Shown piece by piece: positions 13,429 through 26,697 of a stretch of DNA of 64,000 bases. The stretch is from Octopus sinensis (lineage: Eukaryota). The notes under the pieces were generated by a model. That model searched no databases, had not been told where the DNA came from, and saw nothing but the letters and a program-made list of their open reading frames with translations. The stretch lies in contig NC_043011.1 in NCBI RefSeq assembly GCF_006345805.1, positions 28,594,464 to 28,658,463 of the forward strand, in the 5' to 3' direction. Made by a program: the position numbers and the translations under genes. Each line of letters starts with the position of its first letter. Within the stretch, counting starts at the first letter, position 1.

Positions 13429-13811
13429 ACATGCTGAAATTCCAATTGCATTTTGAGAATGAGTATAATGTATTTGGTTCAATTATCTCTAAGAAAGAGA
13501 GAATTCAATAGCTTTGTAGAATAACAAGTTTTGTCGTCAGTATTGGTAGGGTTCAGTGCACCTTTGTGACTAGTCCCGTCATCCGCGCGGGTTTGAACAC
13601 ATATGCGAATGTAACATTTAAAATATACAAGCAACCAAGTTTTGCCTCACAACTTAGAATGACTTGGTAGCATGATCCATACTTTTGTTAACTGTATATT
13701 TATGTGACTATGTATTCGCAAATACACATCGATATCCTCGTGGTCCTACAACTCTTAAAGCAACGGAACATTAAAAAAATTAAAATGTGATCATAGGAGA
13801 GTGAGGGGGAG

Positions 13812-13849
<38 letters not shown>

Positions 13850-13855
<6 letters not shown>

Positions 13856-14279
13856 TAAATTAGAAATAAAACCACTATTAGGCAACTCAAACAGTGAATA
13901 AATACATAAATAACTTTTTTATATTTATATTTCTTATACTTTTTGGTTAGTTAAAAAAAAATAAAATAAATTTTAAAAAAATGAAATTAAAAAATGAAAA
14001 TAAAAATAAAAAATAGAAAAATAGAAAAATAAAAAAAAATTTTAATATTTAAATTTAAAAATATAAAAATTTTAAATTTAAATTTTAAATTTTGTATTTT
14101 ATATATATTATATATTATATTAATTATATTTGTATATTTTGTTATTTATGTATTGGTTTATGTCTATCACTGTTTGAGTTGCCTAATAGTGGTTTTGTCT
14201 CTAATTTAATTTATATTTATACTGTCAAATTTGATTTCATCCTAAATCTAATTTATCCCTGAAAGTCTGGATATACTAA

Positions 14280-14283
<4 letters not shown>
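13850..14283 (+). mobile_element. TA-flanked fold-back insert (PLE-terminus-like)
   Basis: 13850-13897 is the reverse complement of 14167-14214 (48 bp, 2 mismatches), plus 13901-13914/14141-14154. AT-rich spacer; (TA)n on both sides. Confidence 0.55.
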
Positions 14284-14363
<80 letters not shown>

Positions 14364-14824
14364 AAAGGAGGCGGCTGCGCCAGAATTTGGCTGATTATCA
14401 TTTTCAGAGGAGAAGACTGATTTTAAATGAATATAATAATTGAAGCAACATCAAATGAAATAATGATAATAATAAAAATTTTCGTATACAGTGCTCAGGT
14501 GCACTACAAATGCCTAGCTCCAAGACACAAAGAGGTGCCCGTTCCAGAAATCGAAACTACCACCTTGTGACTGTGAGCCAATCGCTCAAATCAATATGCA
14601 ATATTTGTGTGCGTATGTGTTTATGTGTGCGTAAATGTCTGTGTTCGTATAAACACGCATATCCACATAGGTTAAAGAACTATTTACATGCTGTGTTTAC
14701 AGGTCCCACAATTACTTTTCGGCGTAAAGAAAATTCTAAGAAATAAAATAAAATTTATGCATAATGCTTTAAGGGATGAAATGTAATATCTAAGACAAAA
14801 TACTGGTGAGCGCAATATATATAC

Positions 14825-14839
14825 AACACACACATACAC

Positions 14840-14909
<70 letters not shown>

Positions 14910-14939
14910 CTATATTATATATCTATATAAATGTATATA

Positions 14940-15026
<87 letters not shown>

Positions 15027-15391
15027 TATATACATATACATATATGTATATGTATATGGATGTATATATATATCCTATATATTTTTCTCTGTGTGTGTGT
15101 AACGCTTATGTTTTTGTGTATGCCATAAGGTTATGGTTCTGTTTATACGCTGCAAATGTTTACAGGCTAGTGAGATAAATTTTGACAAAAATAGAATTTT
15201 AGAAAATAACTTCAAATTCTGGATAATGCCTTTAGAGCAGAAACATAATCTTTAAAGATTACACACACATACACGCACGCACATACTCATTACACACATA
15301 TTTATATGTATGTTTTAATGAATTAATATGTGTGTGTATGCGCACATGTGTGCTTTTCACAGATATATCTATATCTATATCTATCTATATA

Positions 15392-15435
<44 letters not shown>

Positions 15436-15559
15436 TATGGGTTTCATATGCGTGAAACTTTTTGTAGCATGGGCCATATATGTGAGGTGGTCATGGAAAA
15501 CAATATTTTACTCTCGTTATATGGAGTACTCATTTTTGTTGAACCTATGTATACGTCCA

Positions 15560-15615
<56 letters not shown>

Positions 15616-16960
15616 CAGGTGAGGATATATATAAACTTCAGAGGGATAGACATATCCAAAATTAGACTGCTATAATACCTTGTAATATAGGCACACGCAT
15701 ATATATAATCATTACAAAAAAAAACAAGAGAGATGGAAACAAGATTAATATGAATTTGTTAATACCTACAATTGTTTCAATTCATCGCTTATAGTATAAA
15801 ATCAACCAAATTTAACTTAATTCAATCAATTTGGTCAATTATTATCAGTGGGAATATCCTCATGGAAGAACGTACAAAGAAATTTTTGTCATATTGAAAA
15901 TGTAATGAAAACATTAAATAAGCAATCATGAAAAAACACAGCATATCATTAGAATTAACGCATAATTTTAAATTATATACAGATATAAACATAGCTTTTG
16001 TCATAAGTTAATATAAATATCAATAATGTCAATGCAGACGTACGATAAATTGTGATATATAAAAAAACTATAGACAGGTTATTAAATTATGTTAGTAGAG
16101 AAGTGAAATCATTCGGTATTTGATATACATAATATATACATATATATACATATATATATATATATACATACACATGTACAAACACTCACATACACACTCA
16201 CACATACACAAACACACACACACATATATCTATATTAATATATACTCACACATTACACAGATATAAAACTAAGTATGGTTGTTTTACTACCTTAAGTAAA
16301 TTAATTAAAATTATCAATTAATTACAAGATAAAGAGTGAAAATATGAAGATTTAAGTGATGCTACGATATTTAGAATGAATGAATTAAGAGGAAATATTA
16401 AGAGAAAATAGAAAAAACGGGTAATATATGAGTTCATATACAAATACGCAACCATACAAAAATTCAGATAAAAGGAGAGAAAAGTTAGACGCGGATGAAT
16501 ACACAACAAAAAATATATGATAAATTATTAAGCGAAGTTTGGAATAAATGAAGATAAGACAGAAAATAATTAATGAAGGAAACTTCTTATTTGTACCTTT
16601 TAAATGTTAAAATGTCAACTATACATACCTGTATATATACGTATTATTCTGCATACCCATACACACACACCACACACACACACTTACATATACATAAACA
16701 TATATGCACATACGCACAGAGACACACACATAGATACATATGTATACATAAACGTAAATACACATGCGCACAGACACACATCTACACATATACCTGTACG
16801 TAGATGAAGAAAAAAATCGAAAGGGAATGAAAATTGCATTAATCATAAATTAAGTTATTTAATCTATTTAATAACTGATTGAACAAAGAGTTATGTATAT
16901 TCCCATACCTACAGGTAAACATATATATATATACATATATATACACATACATAAACATCC

Positions 16961-17029
<69 letters not shown>

Positions 17030-17089
17030 GTATATGTATATATATATATGTATGTATTATATAAAAATATATATATCATATATACATAT

Positions 17090-17120
<31 letters not shown>

Positions 17121-17480
17121 ATATACATACCCATATACACACATATACACACATATACAAACATATACAAATATATACATACATATATTTGCATACTACG
17201 CAATTACACACTAAATGATAGACATTTTTATACATATAAAAAGATACTCCCACATATAAATCCATTTGCTTATATACACATCATATGTCCATATACACTA
17301 AGAGGTAGATAAAGATATATAATCATATGGATAAAGAAAAAGTTAAAATCAAAAATATATATAAGGATATATATAAAAATATATAAAAACAATATATATA
17401 AAAATATATAAAATATATAAAAACAATATATAAAAATTTGGATATAAAATATAAAACATAAAACATAAGGATAAAAAGAT

Positions 17481-17533
<53 letters not shown>
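14825..17533. repeat. Region dominated by (TA)n, (CA)n and AT-rich low-complexity sequence
   Basis: Direct reading; all ORFs here are IY/HT repeats. Confidence 0.75.
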
Positions 17534-17535
<2 letters not shown>

Positions 17536-18250
17536 GCACATTACCAGGATGGCGACAAAGTGCAGACGACTGGCTGGGTGGATCCTAAGAACATTCAGAA
17601 CCAGAGATAAGGAAACCATGATGGTCCTCTGGCGGACATTCGTCCTCAGCCGCCTGGATTACTGCTCACAGCTATGGTCACCCACGAGTGTAAAATTAAC
17701 AGCGGACCTTGAAGCAATCCAGAGAAGATTCACAAAGAAGATCGTCTCTTTGCAACAGCTCAGCTACTGGGAAAGGTTGAAACAGCTAAGACTCTACTCC
17801 CTGGAAAGAAGACGGGACAGGTATGCAGTAATATATGTTTGGAAGATCCTGGAAGGAATTGTGCCAAATTTTGGCATTGTAAGCTACACCAATGCTAGAA
17901 CGGGACGACACTGCATAGTGCCAAAGATCCCAGCAATGCCATCACGCTTCAGGTCCAACTTCTGCTACAGCCTGGGTTTCAAGGGCCCACAGCTTTTTAA
18001 TATTCTCCCAAAGAATCTGGGGAACTTGCACAAAGTAGATGTAGCGGTTTTTAACTCAAAGCTGGACATCTTCCTGTCAAGAGTCCCAGATGAACCTACC
18101 TGACGGCAAGAGGTGCAAATGAGAGTAGCTGTATCAAACTCCATTCTTCACCAAGTGCCACATATTAGACGAGGTTCGTCGCAATAACAGTGTAGCACAA
18201 AACGGCGGTGCATCAGCATGGTCGCAGCTCTGAGCTGAAACTAGAAAAAA
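17534..18250 (+). mobile_element. 5'-truncated CR1/L2-group LINE (ORF2 C-terminus and 3' UTR)
   Basis: Open frame with LSRLDYCSQLWSP, LEAIQRRFTK, SYWERLKQLRLYSLERRRDR, FNILP, LDIFLSRVPDEP. The 3' end has a hairpin and A-tail. Both ends lie in (TA)n. Confidence 0.9.
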
Positions 18251-18701
18251 ATATATATATATACATATATATACAAATATACATACATATACACATATAT
18301 GCATACATATACACATATATAGATTGATAAGAGTGAACATACATCTAAAAAACAAATATATAAATGAATAAATAAATAGATCAATAAATAAATAAATACA
18401 AACATATGAACAGAAAATACATACATATATATAAAAATAAATACATAGATATATATAAAAATGTTGATATTCGCATATATATATATATATAAACCTAATA
18501 AAATATATTCCATATTTATAGCAATTTATGTCAAAAATAATTTATTCTATACAATGTCTATCCCACATCTAAGTTATATGATCTGCGTAAATATTAATAT
18601 TAAAGATATATTAATGATATATTAATATCAACTTAATAAATAAATTTTAAATTCAGTCAAATTTATTGTTTATCAATACTAACGAAATATTAGAAATCTA
18701 C

Positions 18702-19328
18702 TTATATTTTGCAAAAAGAAATTTATTCGTATAGGTACAGGCTAAATTTTCTTCAGATAGTGTATTAAAAAGTAATTTACGAGAAATAAATATTTGATAT
18801 AACTCTTCAGTGCATAACTCACATCTTTTGTTAGCGATATTATGAAATTTAGCATGGCTAATAATATTGCAGTCCAGTTTAAAATTTATTTTAATGTCTT
18901 TAAGCCCCTGTATGAATTTACTTAGACCTGTTCAGTTAATCTTTTTCCAATCCTTAAAGCTATATAAGCGCTTAAAGAAGCGAGTTTTAAATATATTAGA
19001 TGCATTAGATGTTCATCCAATGTATGTATATTTATTATTAAGTGCATCAATCTCACATTTATATCTAATGTTATCTTCCATACATAAGTTGGCCTCCAGT
19101 ACAATTACAGAATTTATTATTGTTGATGCTGTTGTTATTTCTTTTAGTATAGAAGCTGTCGCGTTTTCTGTTATTTAAATATGAAATTATTCGAAATAAA
19201 TTTTTAGTTAAGCAATGACCAATCCTAATATTACTAGTATTAATTATTTGCCTATATTTATTATTCATATTGAAATGATTATCAATTAATCTATATATTT
19301 GTCTAATTAATTTTGTCTTCATATTCAT
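18702..19328 (-). pseudogene. Decayed PLE ORF C-terminus (thumb, CNC linker, GIY-YIG endonuclease, C-terminal CxLC)
   Basis: Manual translation across one frameshift: KTKLIRQIYRLIDNHF..NIRIGHC..FCNC / NIRYKCE..YTYIG*T..FKTRF..N*TGLSKFI..KRCELCTEE..NKFLF*. Confidence 0.7.
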
Positions 19329-19365
19329 AGCGTAAGGGATTGTGTACCAAATATGTTTAGGTTTT

Positions 19366-19389
19366 TTATTATTATTATTATTATTGTTG

Positions 19390-19463
<74 letters not shown>
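19366..19463. repeat. (TAA)n array
   Basis: Direct reading. Confidence 0.95.
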
Positions 19464-19464
<1 letters not shown>

Positions 19465-19700
19465 AACTACTACTACAGCTATTCTGAAAGACTCTCGGAT
19501 AGTTCTTAATTACCGGTTATTCTTTACTTGAAAGCAAGCAATAACAAATTGCCAAAGGTTTCAAGTAGTGCATTCTCCTGTAACTCAAACAGGCAATAAT
19601 CTCCTTAGAAAGCGAGCTGTACCCAACAGTGCTGTCTTCTGGATCACCTCGAGCCTGTCAGCTGCTCTAATACTCTTAATATGTTTTTCAAAGCCCTTAT
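19464..19700 (-). mobile_element. Very short 3' end of an R4/Dong-type LINE
   Basis: KGFEKHIKSIRAADRLEVIQKTALLGTARFLRRLL* resembles the R4/Dong C-terminus; its 3' UTR runs into (TAA)n. Confidence 0.7.
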
Positions 19701-19710
19701 CATTATTATT

Positions 19711-19758
<48 letters not shown>

Positions 19759-19772
19759 GCTGCTGCTGCTGC

Positions 19773-19806
<34 letters not shown>

Positions 19807-19850
19807 GCTGTTGCTGTTGTTGTTGTTACAATCACTATTATTATTCCTTC
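19700..19850. repeat. (TTG)n/(CTG)n/(TTA)n array
   Basis: Direct reading. Confidence 0.95.
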
Positions 19851-19879
19851 GTAACACAGTGTAGGTGAAAATGCACCGG

Positions 19880-20715
19880 AGTCCTTAGTCATATGTCAAG
19901 TCACAACAAGGACCTCAGTCATATAATACTTTCCTTAAGATGTGCGCTCTGCCCAATAAGGCTGCTTTTGCAAGACATCTTTCTTGCATGGGATTTCCAT
20001 TTGCCTTAAGAAGTCCTGACGTTTCAATGGGATTGAGCCCAGCGCTCCGATCACCAATGGTATCACTTTTACATTACCCTTTCGCAATCCATACAGTCTT
20101 GCCATTTCCACTTTCAATTCGGAGTACTTGGTGATTTTTTCAACCTCTATACTCACAAAATTCATGTCATTTGGTATAGTTACATCAATGATCTGACAGT
20201 ATTTGTCTCTCTTATTCCATATGACAATATCCGGCCGATGGTGTTCGATTACACGATCCGTCTGAAAAACATAGCCCCAGAGTATCGTTACTTTTCTACC
20301 CTCCTGCATAACTTTACTTGGTACATGCTCATACCAGTTCTCTTTTACTTCATATTGGTATTCACGGCATAAGAGCCAATGAAGATACACACTCACACAT
20401 TTTCGTGGCGGCGCTTGTATTCTTTTTGTGCAAGGATCTCACATCCACTTACCAAGTGGGTCACATTTTCCACACTCTTTCCACAGAGTCTGCATCTCTG
20501 GGTATCAGAAGTTTTGTGGATGTTATACTTCACTGACTTGGTAGCGAGAGTCTGGTCTTGTGCAGCAAGGATCAGGCTTTCAGTGGTACGCTTCACATCA
20601 CCTCGCTCAAGCCATGTCCTCGATACTGAAATTATTCTTAACGTCTTGTGTATTCCTTTCAAACTGTCCGAGCATTCTCATAATAAGAAGGTATTTTCTC
20701 TACTCCTCAGCTTTT
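19880..20715 (-). mobile_element. 5'-truncated R4/Dong-type LINE (zinc knuckle and restriction-like endonuclease), frameshifted
   Basis: MLGQFERNT, TESLILAAQDQTL, CRLCGKSVENVTHLVSGC, KEYKRRH, HHRPDIVI, IIDVTIPND, EKITKYSEL, VIPLVIGALG, LQKAALLG. Confidence 0.9.
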
Positions 20716-21984
20716 TAGTACGCCGTGGAAACGGGGAAACCGGACCTTATGAGCCGACATGACACGAGAAGATAACTTTATCTTTACCTTTACCTTAATT
20801 CCTGTGTAAAGTGTAATATTTATATCAATTTTGTCGACAATTTCTCTGAGTTTACTGTTTATTCTAATCATTTAACGAAACTTTGAAGTCATTGCGTCTA
20901 AAATGTTTTGAAACACCTTCAAGAATCAATACTGGTAACATACTGTTCGAGTGAGATATGTGTATCGATGAAAGGGAATAAATATCTTGCGTAATGGAAA
21001 TAAATTCGATTAATTTATTGCAATGCGATTAATTAGCATTTGCACTTTGTATAATAAACAAGTGCATAGAGTTGACAACATTTAATAACCCCAAGAAACA
21101 ACCACAAATATACACGCTCTCACAAAATTACATATTCACACACATGCATACTTGTGTAGATAACTACAGATAATTGATCAATCTCATGTGACATTGAGAT
21201 CATCTATCTTAATTCAGCTTTCTTTAATATTATCTACGATGATTTCATATGGACATTGTGTATGGTGATTTCAGTACATAGATTAAGATTGTGAATCCAG
21301 CCTTTACCCTCTTCAGCCATGCTTCTATTTAGTGCAGAAACCAAATGATTTGCTAACATCGTCCACCAACATCAACGACTAGCAGAGACTTCGAACCTCA
21401 AATATTCTTGACATCTCTTTCGTACTTCTAACTCAGAACTTTTGAAAGTGTAAGAGGACCTCCTGATACTTACCTAAAAGGACCGCTACAAACTCACTAT
21501 TGACCGTCAACTCGATGCTTCACGACAAAGACAAACATCCAAGTTGAATTTCCACAGATAAATCTACCGTATTCTCTGAGAGTTTCCCTGTAATTCCTGC
21601 ATGCATTCCTTCTTTACACCCATTTATGTTACCAACATGCACCATCATAAATATCCCAACAAGTCGACAGATATTTATGATGCCCCTTGTATTGCCTTCC
21701 AATTTCTGCCCACACCAAACCCTTCAATATTTTCTCTTCAAGGTTTTATCCAAGCCAGTCAATAGAAACATGTATTTGTGAACTTGTTTTATTTACGAGA
21801 AAGGTATGCTTTCTAATCCGGTTAACTGATAATTATTGTCATCACTTCAGCAACCTCAGGAAGATTATGGAAACAAACGATCACAGTGAGAGAGAAAAGA
21901 GTGAAACATAGGACAGTGGGACGAGCGTCGTGGGTAAGATTCGAGGTGGAGCTTAAATTTAAGCGGTTTACAGAAATTGATATC

Positions 21985-22221
21985 TATTTCTTTACTACCT
22001 ACAAGGGGCTAAACACAGAGAGGACAAACAAGGACAGACAAACGGATTAAGTCGATTATATTGACCCCAGTGTGTAACTGGTTCTTAATTTATCGACCTC
22101 GAAAGGATGAAAGGCAAAGTCGACCTCGGCGGAATTTGAACTCAGATCGTAGCGACAGACGAAATATCGCTAAGCATTTCGCCCAGCGTGCTAACGATTC
22201 TGCCAGCTCGCCGCCTTTATG
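21985..22221 (-). mobile_element. SINE type E monomer
   Basis: A-box-like TGGCAGAATCG and B box GAGTTCAAATTCC on the minus strand. 12-bp TSD GAAATTGATATC at 21973-21984 and 22222-22233. Confidence 0.92.
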
Positions 22222-23899
22222 GAAATTGATATCATTATCAATCCACCACAGGGTTCAGCCTCTTCTGTAGCCACGTGTTTGTGTATCTCAATGACCATGA
22301 AAGCTAAACCAGCGGATCATAACCACTAGTGTGGGCTTTCCATGCTGGGCAGGTCAAATAATAGAAGCCAGACTAATATAGATCACCTCTCCTCAGAGGA
22401 GGAAAAAGGGTTTTCGTAAGGCCATTACCCCTACTTAAAAAGGCAACTGTTGACAGCTGAAAACAAACAATACATATAATAGGAAGACCTTTCCTCAGTA
22501 GGGGTGGACAGATCACGTCTGAAGGAAACAAAAACAGCCTAAATTCAAATACACTGGCGGAAAGTCATCGATAGCCTAAATTCCATATACGAGAGCAAAG
22601 GGCCTAAGTAACTATATGGTTAGTGGATATATTGATATCCAGCTATAGTACTGAAAACATTGAGAGGAAAACATCATTTTAACAATTGATACTATGATGC
22701 TTACTTTTGGCCTTTGTATATCTATAGATTTATGTTTTACAGTGTTTGTATTACTATAGACATTTTGATAAATGATCCTTTAAGGCATTGAATTCTAGGA
22801 ATATGACTTTTCGTGACCATGCAGTGATTCAAAGCATCAAATACTGCACACGTTTTCCATTCCCTTCTCCAGAGATTGCTACATAAACTGTCGTTATGGA
22901 CTTCTTAGCTGAAATGAAATTTAATTCCACTCCAAGAGTTATATATTCTTAAACGAAGATTGATTACCATGCAGTAACAACATTTTTAAGCAGGAATATT
23001 TAGTTTACAAAATATGTAAAATCCTTTGTGCTCCAATATAAATCAGATAGCTTTCACAAATCATTACCGAGTTAACTGACTCCGCTGGGGCCTTTATGTT
23101 GCAAGCGTCTGACGCTATATCTCTTCTCTGTACATGCACTTATCTTAATTTACTACAGTTATTAGCTACTTCTAACAGACGTTGATCACCAGGAGTTCAC
23201 TTGGATTCTAATTTGCTTTTTGCCCCCCCCCCACCTCTTTTACTGTGTTCACTCATGGGACTGCAATATACAGTAATTGATATGAATCTAGATACTTATC
23301 TCATTATAGTACATGTTTTATCGATCTCTCTCAGAACTTCCAAGTTATGCATTGACAGCGATTATGCACCGACAAACATAACCCGAGTACGGACACTAAC
23401 ACACCCACAGACACACACACACATATATATACATACATACACATGTGTGTGTGCGTGTGTATGTGTGTATATAGTACCAGTATGAATTTATATCTATGTG
23501 GAACACTTTTGGAAGTATTTACTCTTTAGAAACGCAATATTTGAGCCACCGGATATTAACCCACACATACTTCGATGCATTAGTTCGTCCCAGAATTTCT
23601 CTCTTTTTTTCAGTCTATACTAACGTGATTGACTGCCATATACTCTTCATATTGCCTTTCCGATCCGGCCTGATGAAATAAATGATTATAAAACCCAATG
23701 TGTATCACTGTTAGAGAGGAGTAGCACGTTATATGTTATATGGTGTATCAGATATTTGTACATTGTTTTTCCTTTCTTCACTTTAAACTTCTTACGTATA
23801 TACGAAATCGTATATCGAGTGGTATATATAATTGTGTATGACTATTTATTGCGACTCCCCTAGATACACACGCCTGACTTTCAGTGAGTCATACTCTCA

Positions 23900-24000
23900 T
23901 ATAGATAGATACATAGATAGATGGATAGAGATAGACATATGTTTGTATATATATATATATATATATATCTATATATATATGTGTATGTGTATGTGTGTAT

Positions 24001-24049
<49 letters not shown>

Positions 24050-24050
24050 A

Positions 24051-24121
<71 letters not shown>

Positions 24122-24160
24122 TAAATATATGTATGTATGTATGGATGGATGGATGGAAGC
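23900..24160. repeat. (GATA)n/(TA)n array
   Basis: Direct reading. Confidence 0.9.
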
Positions 24161-25189
24161 ACGTAGTTTGAGAAGCAAAATTCTTCACAAGGCTTTGCCT
24201 GCCCTTATTTGCTTGTTTGTTGCTATTTATCTTTGATGATAATATAAAACTAGATAAATAAGGATTTGAAATAATGCTCATGGTTTTGGGCAAGCAAATA
24301 ATCTTGTACGTATTCGCTTAACAAGCTAAAATTAGATGTCAAACTCTCCTCCAAACGGCATACTCTTAATATCTTTTTGAAAAGGGAACACCTATTGAAC
24401 AAATGTAACCCTTGCTACGTTGTGACTAATGAAAAAATGGGATCGGCACGGTCAAAATTCCCTCCATCATAGCTCTGTTAAATTAGACCTGGCCTAGGGT
24501 TAATAACTGTACGAAGAGAAAAGAGAATGATGGAGGTACATGAGAGCTAAGTGCCAGGACTGTTATAATAAATAGAGAACTGTGTTCTTGCATTTGGAGG
24601 TTGGTAGTCGTAGATTCGCTTGTTGTACTCTGAATAAAGTCTATGGGATCATGGGTATTAGAAGAGTGGATAGAAGTAGAGCCTTCAAAGACAATCTAGA
24701 GAGTGCAGTAAATAGGACATTGATCGGGTCGGCAGAGTGCTACTTGGACACAAACATAGACATGATCAATCTGAGTCGGATTGACTGGATGTTGTAAGAC
24801 TCGAAACTCTAGAATGATGTCAGGCTGCAATATTGACGACATGTCCAAGTAATGCATGTTGCAGTTGTATATTGAAACGTTTGAAGAATATATTATCAGT
24901 GAAAAATATATAAGCCAGTTGTTTTCAGTTACTTAGCTCTCAAGCGATCTACGGATAGTATTGCCATATATAAAAAAGAAAAGCAGTAAATATCTTTGCG
25001 ACTGATATTCCACCAACATTGCGCAGTAATTTCCGTCTTCTGTGAGATTCAGTGTCATTTCATACAGGTTAATCGCAAGAATGCCTATATTTCTGTCTTG
25101 TGCAGAAAGCAGATAATACTAGAAGAATCAGATTATATTGCAAAAATTGTAAGTGTATGCGTATATAAATGAATGTGGGGTGTATGCAT

Positions 25190-25492
25190 GTGTAAATATA
25201 TATGTGTGTAGGAATGTATGTTGTATGTAGTGGATCGCGATTGACAGATGTGTATTTGTCTGTGCGAGGGCGTATGCTTGCGTGTTGTGCGTGTGTGTGT
25301 GTTAGTGTTTTTGTGTGTCTGTATATATATATATATGTGTGTGTGTGTATGTGTGTGTATGTATGTATATATATATATCTATATATGTGTGTGTATACAC
25401 ATATACGTGTGTATATATGTGTGCGTATACACATATGCACATATATATATGTGTATGTGTACGTTTGTATGTATGTATATATACATATATAT

Positions 25493-25525
<33 letters not shown>

Positions 25526-25570
25526 TATATATATATATATATATATATAGATAGATAGATAGATACATAC

Positions 25571-25607
<37 letters not shown>

Positions 25608-25615
25608 AAATTGCA

Positions 25616-25655
<40 letters not shown>
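25190..25655. repeat. Compound (TG)/(TA)/(GATA)/(CATA) microsatellite
   Basis: Direct reading. Confidence 0.85.
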
Positions 25656-26123
25656 TTGGTGTGCTTGTTTAAGCATGTATACATGTACATAAGCTGATAC
25701 AAAATTGAAACCGATCTCCCGAGGCAATCATATAATTTCCAATCAGAGAAAAAGCAAGCCACATTTGGCACTGAGGACGAACTGTTCTTCGATAAAATCT
25801 TTGTTGGAATCTGCTTTGGACATCGTAGGGATTATAGAATAAGAAGTAAAAAGTAATCAGTGACCACCTTTCCCTACCACACTTCACTTCCGCCTCTCTG
25901 TCTTTACTCGCTCACACAAATATCAAATCAAAAAAAGCAGGCTTGTAAGCGGTCGTTCGAGCAGCCAAGAAATAATAATAGCAGCCAAATTTTCCTCCTA
26001 ATGCACATTTTAAGTACACTATATCTAAAAACAAGACAATGTGGTCCGTAGTGGATTGCTTATAATCATAGGTCCACGTGATCGGTGCAGGCCTGGTGTT
26101 AAATAACTCTTCATGCATAAATA

Positions 26124-26697
26124 CTGGTTTCAAATTTTGACTCGGGGCCATCAAATTCGGGAGAAGGGATAAGTCGATTCAACTGGTACTTTTTTTTCTC
26201 GAGCCAAGAAAGGATCGAAGGCAAAGTCGACCTCAGCAGAATTTGAACTCAGAACGTAAAGACCGACGGAATGATGCTAAGTATTTATTTCTATATTGCC
26301 CACAGGGGGCTAAACATAGAGGAGGCAAATAAAGACAAACAAATTGATTAAGTCGATTACATCGACCCCAGTACTTATTTAATCGACCTGGAAAGGATGA
26401 AAGGCAAAGTCGACCTCGGCGGAATTTGAACTCAGAACGTAAAGACAGACGAAATACCTATTTCTTTATTACCCACAAGGGGCTAAACATAGAGGGGACA
26501 AACAAGGACAGACATAGGTATTAAGTCGATTACATCGACTCTAGTGCGTAACTGGTACTTATTTAATCGACCCCAATAGTATGAAAGGCAAAGTCGACCT
26601 CGGCAGCATTTGAACTCAGAACGTAAAGACAGACGAAATACCGCTAAGTACTGTGCCCGGTATGCTAACGATTCTACCAGCTCACCACCTCAACTTT
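26124..26697 (-). mobile_element. SINE type E trimer
   Basis: Three tandem B-box/central modules; only the first has the full head. Candidate TSD ATGYATAAATA at 26113-26123 and 26698-26708. Confidence 0.85.

Noticed and set aside
15780-16580. Faint PLE-like peptides (e.g. IKLS-GCFTTLSKLIK)
   Set aside because: Too many stops and frameshifts to tell from AT-rich noise.
18880-19010. Both internal stops of the PLE remnant are TGA (YIG*T, N*T), suggesting selenocysteine as in some Naiad PLEs
   Set aside because: The copy is frameshifted and decayed, CGA-to-TGA decay explains both stops, and I saw no SECIS. Only the family consensus could revive the idea.
22310-22460. Resemblance to RTE 5' UTR sequence (also 52600-52900), possibly with an HDV-like ribozyme
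   Set aside because: No adjoining ORF, and I could not build a convincing fold by hand.
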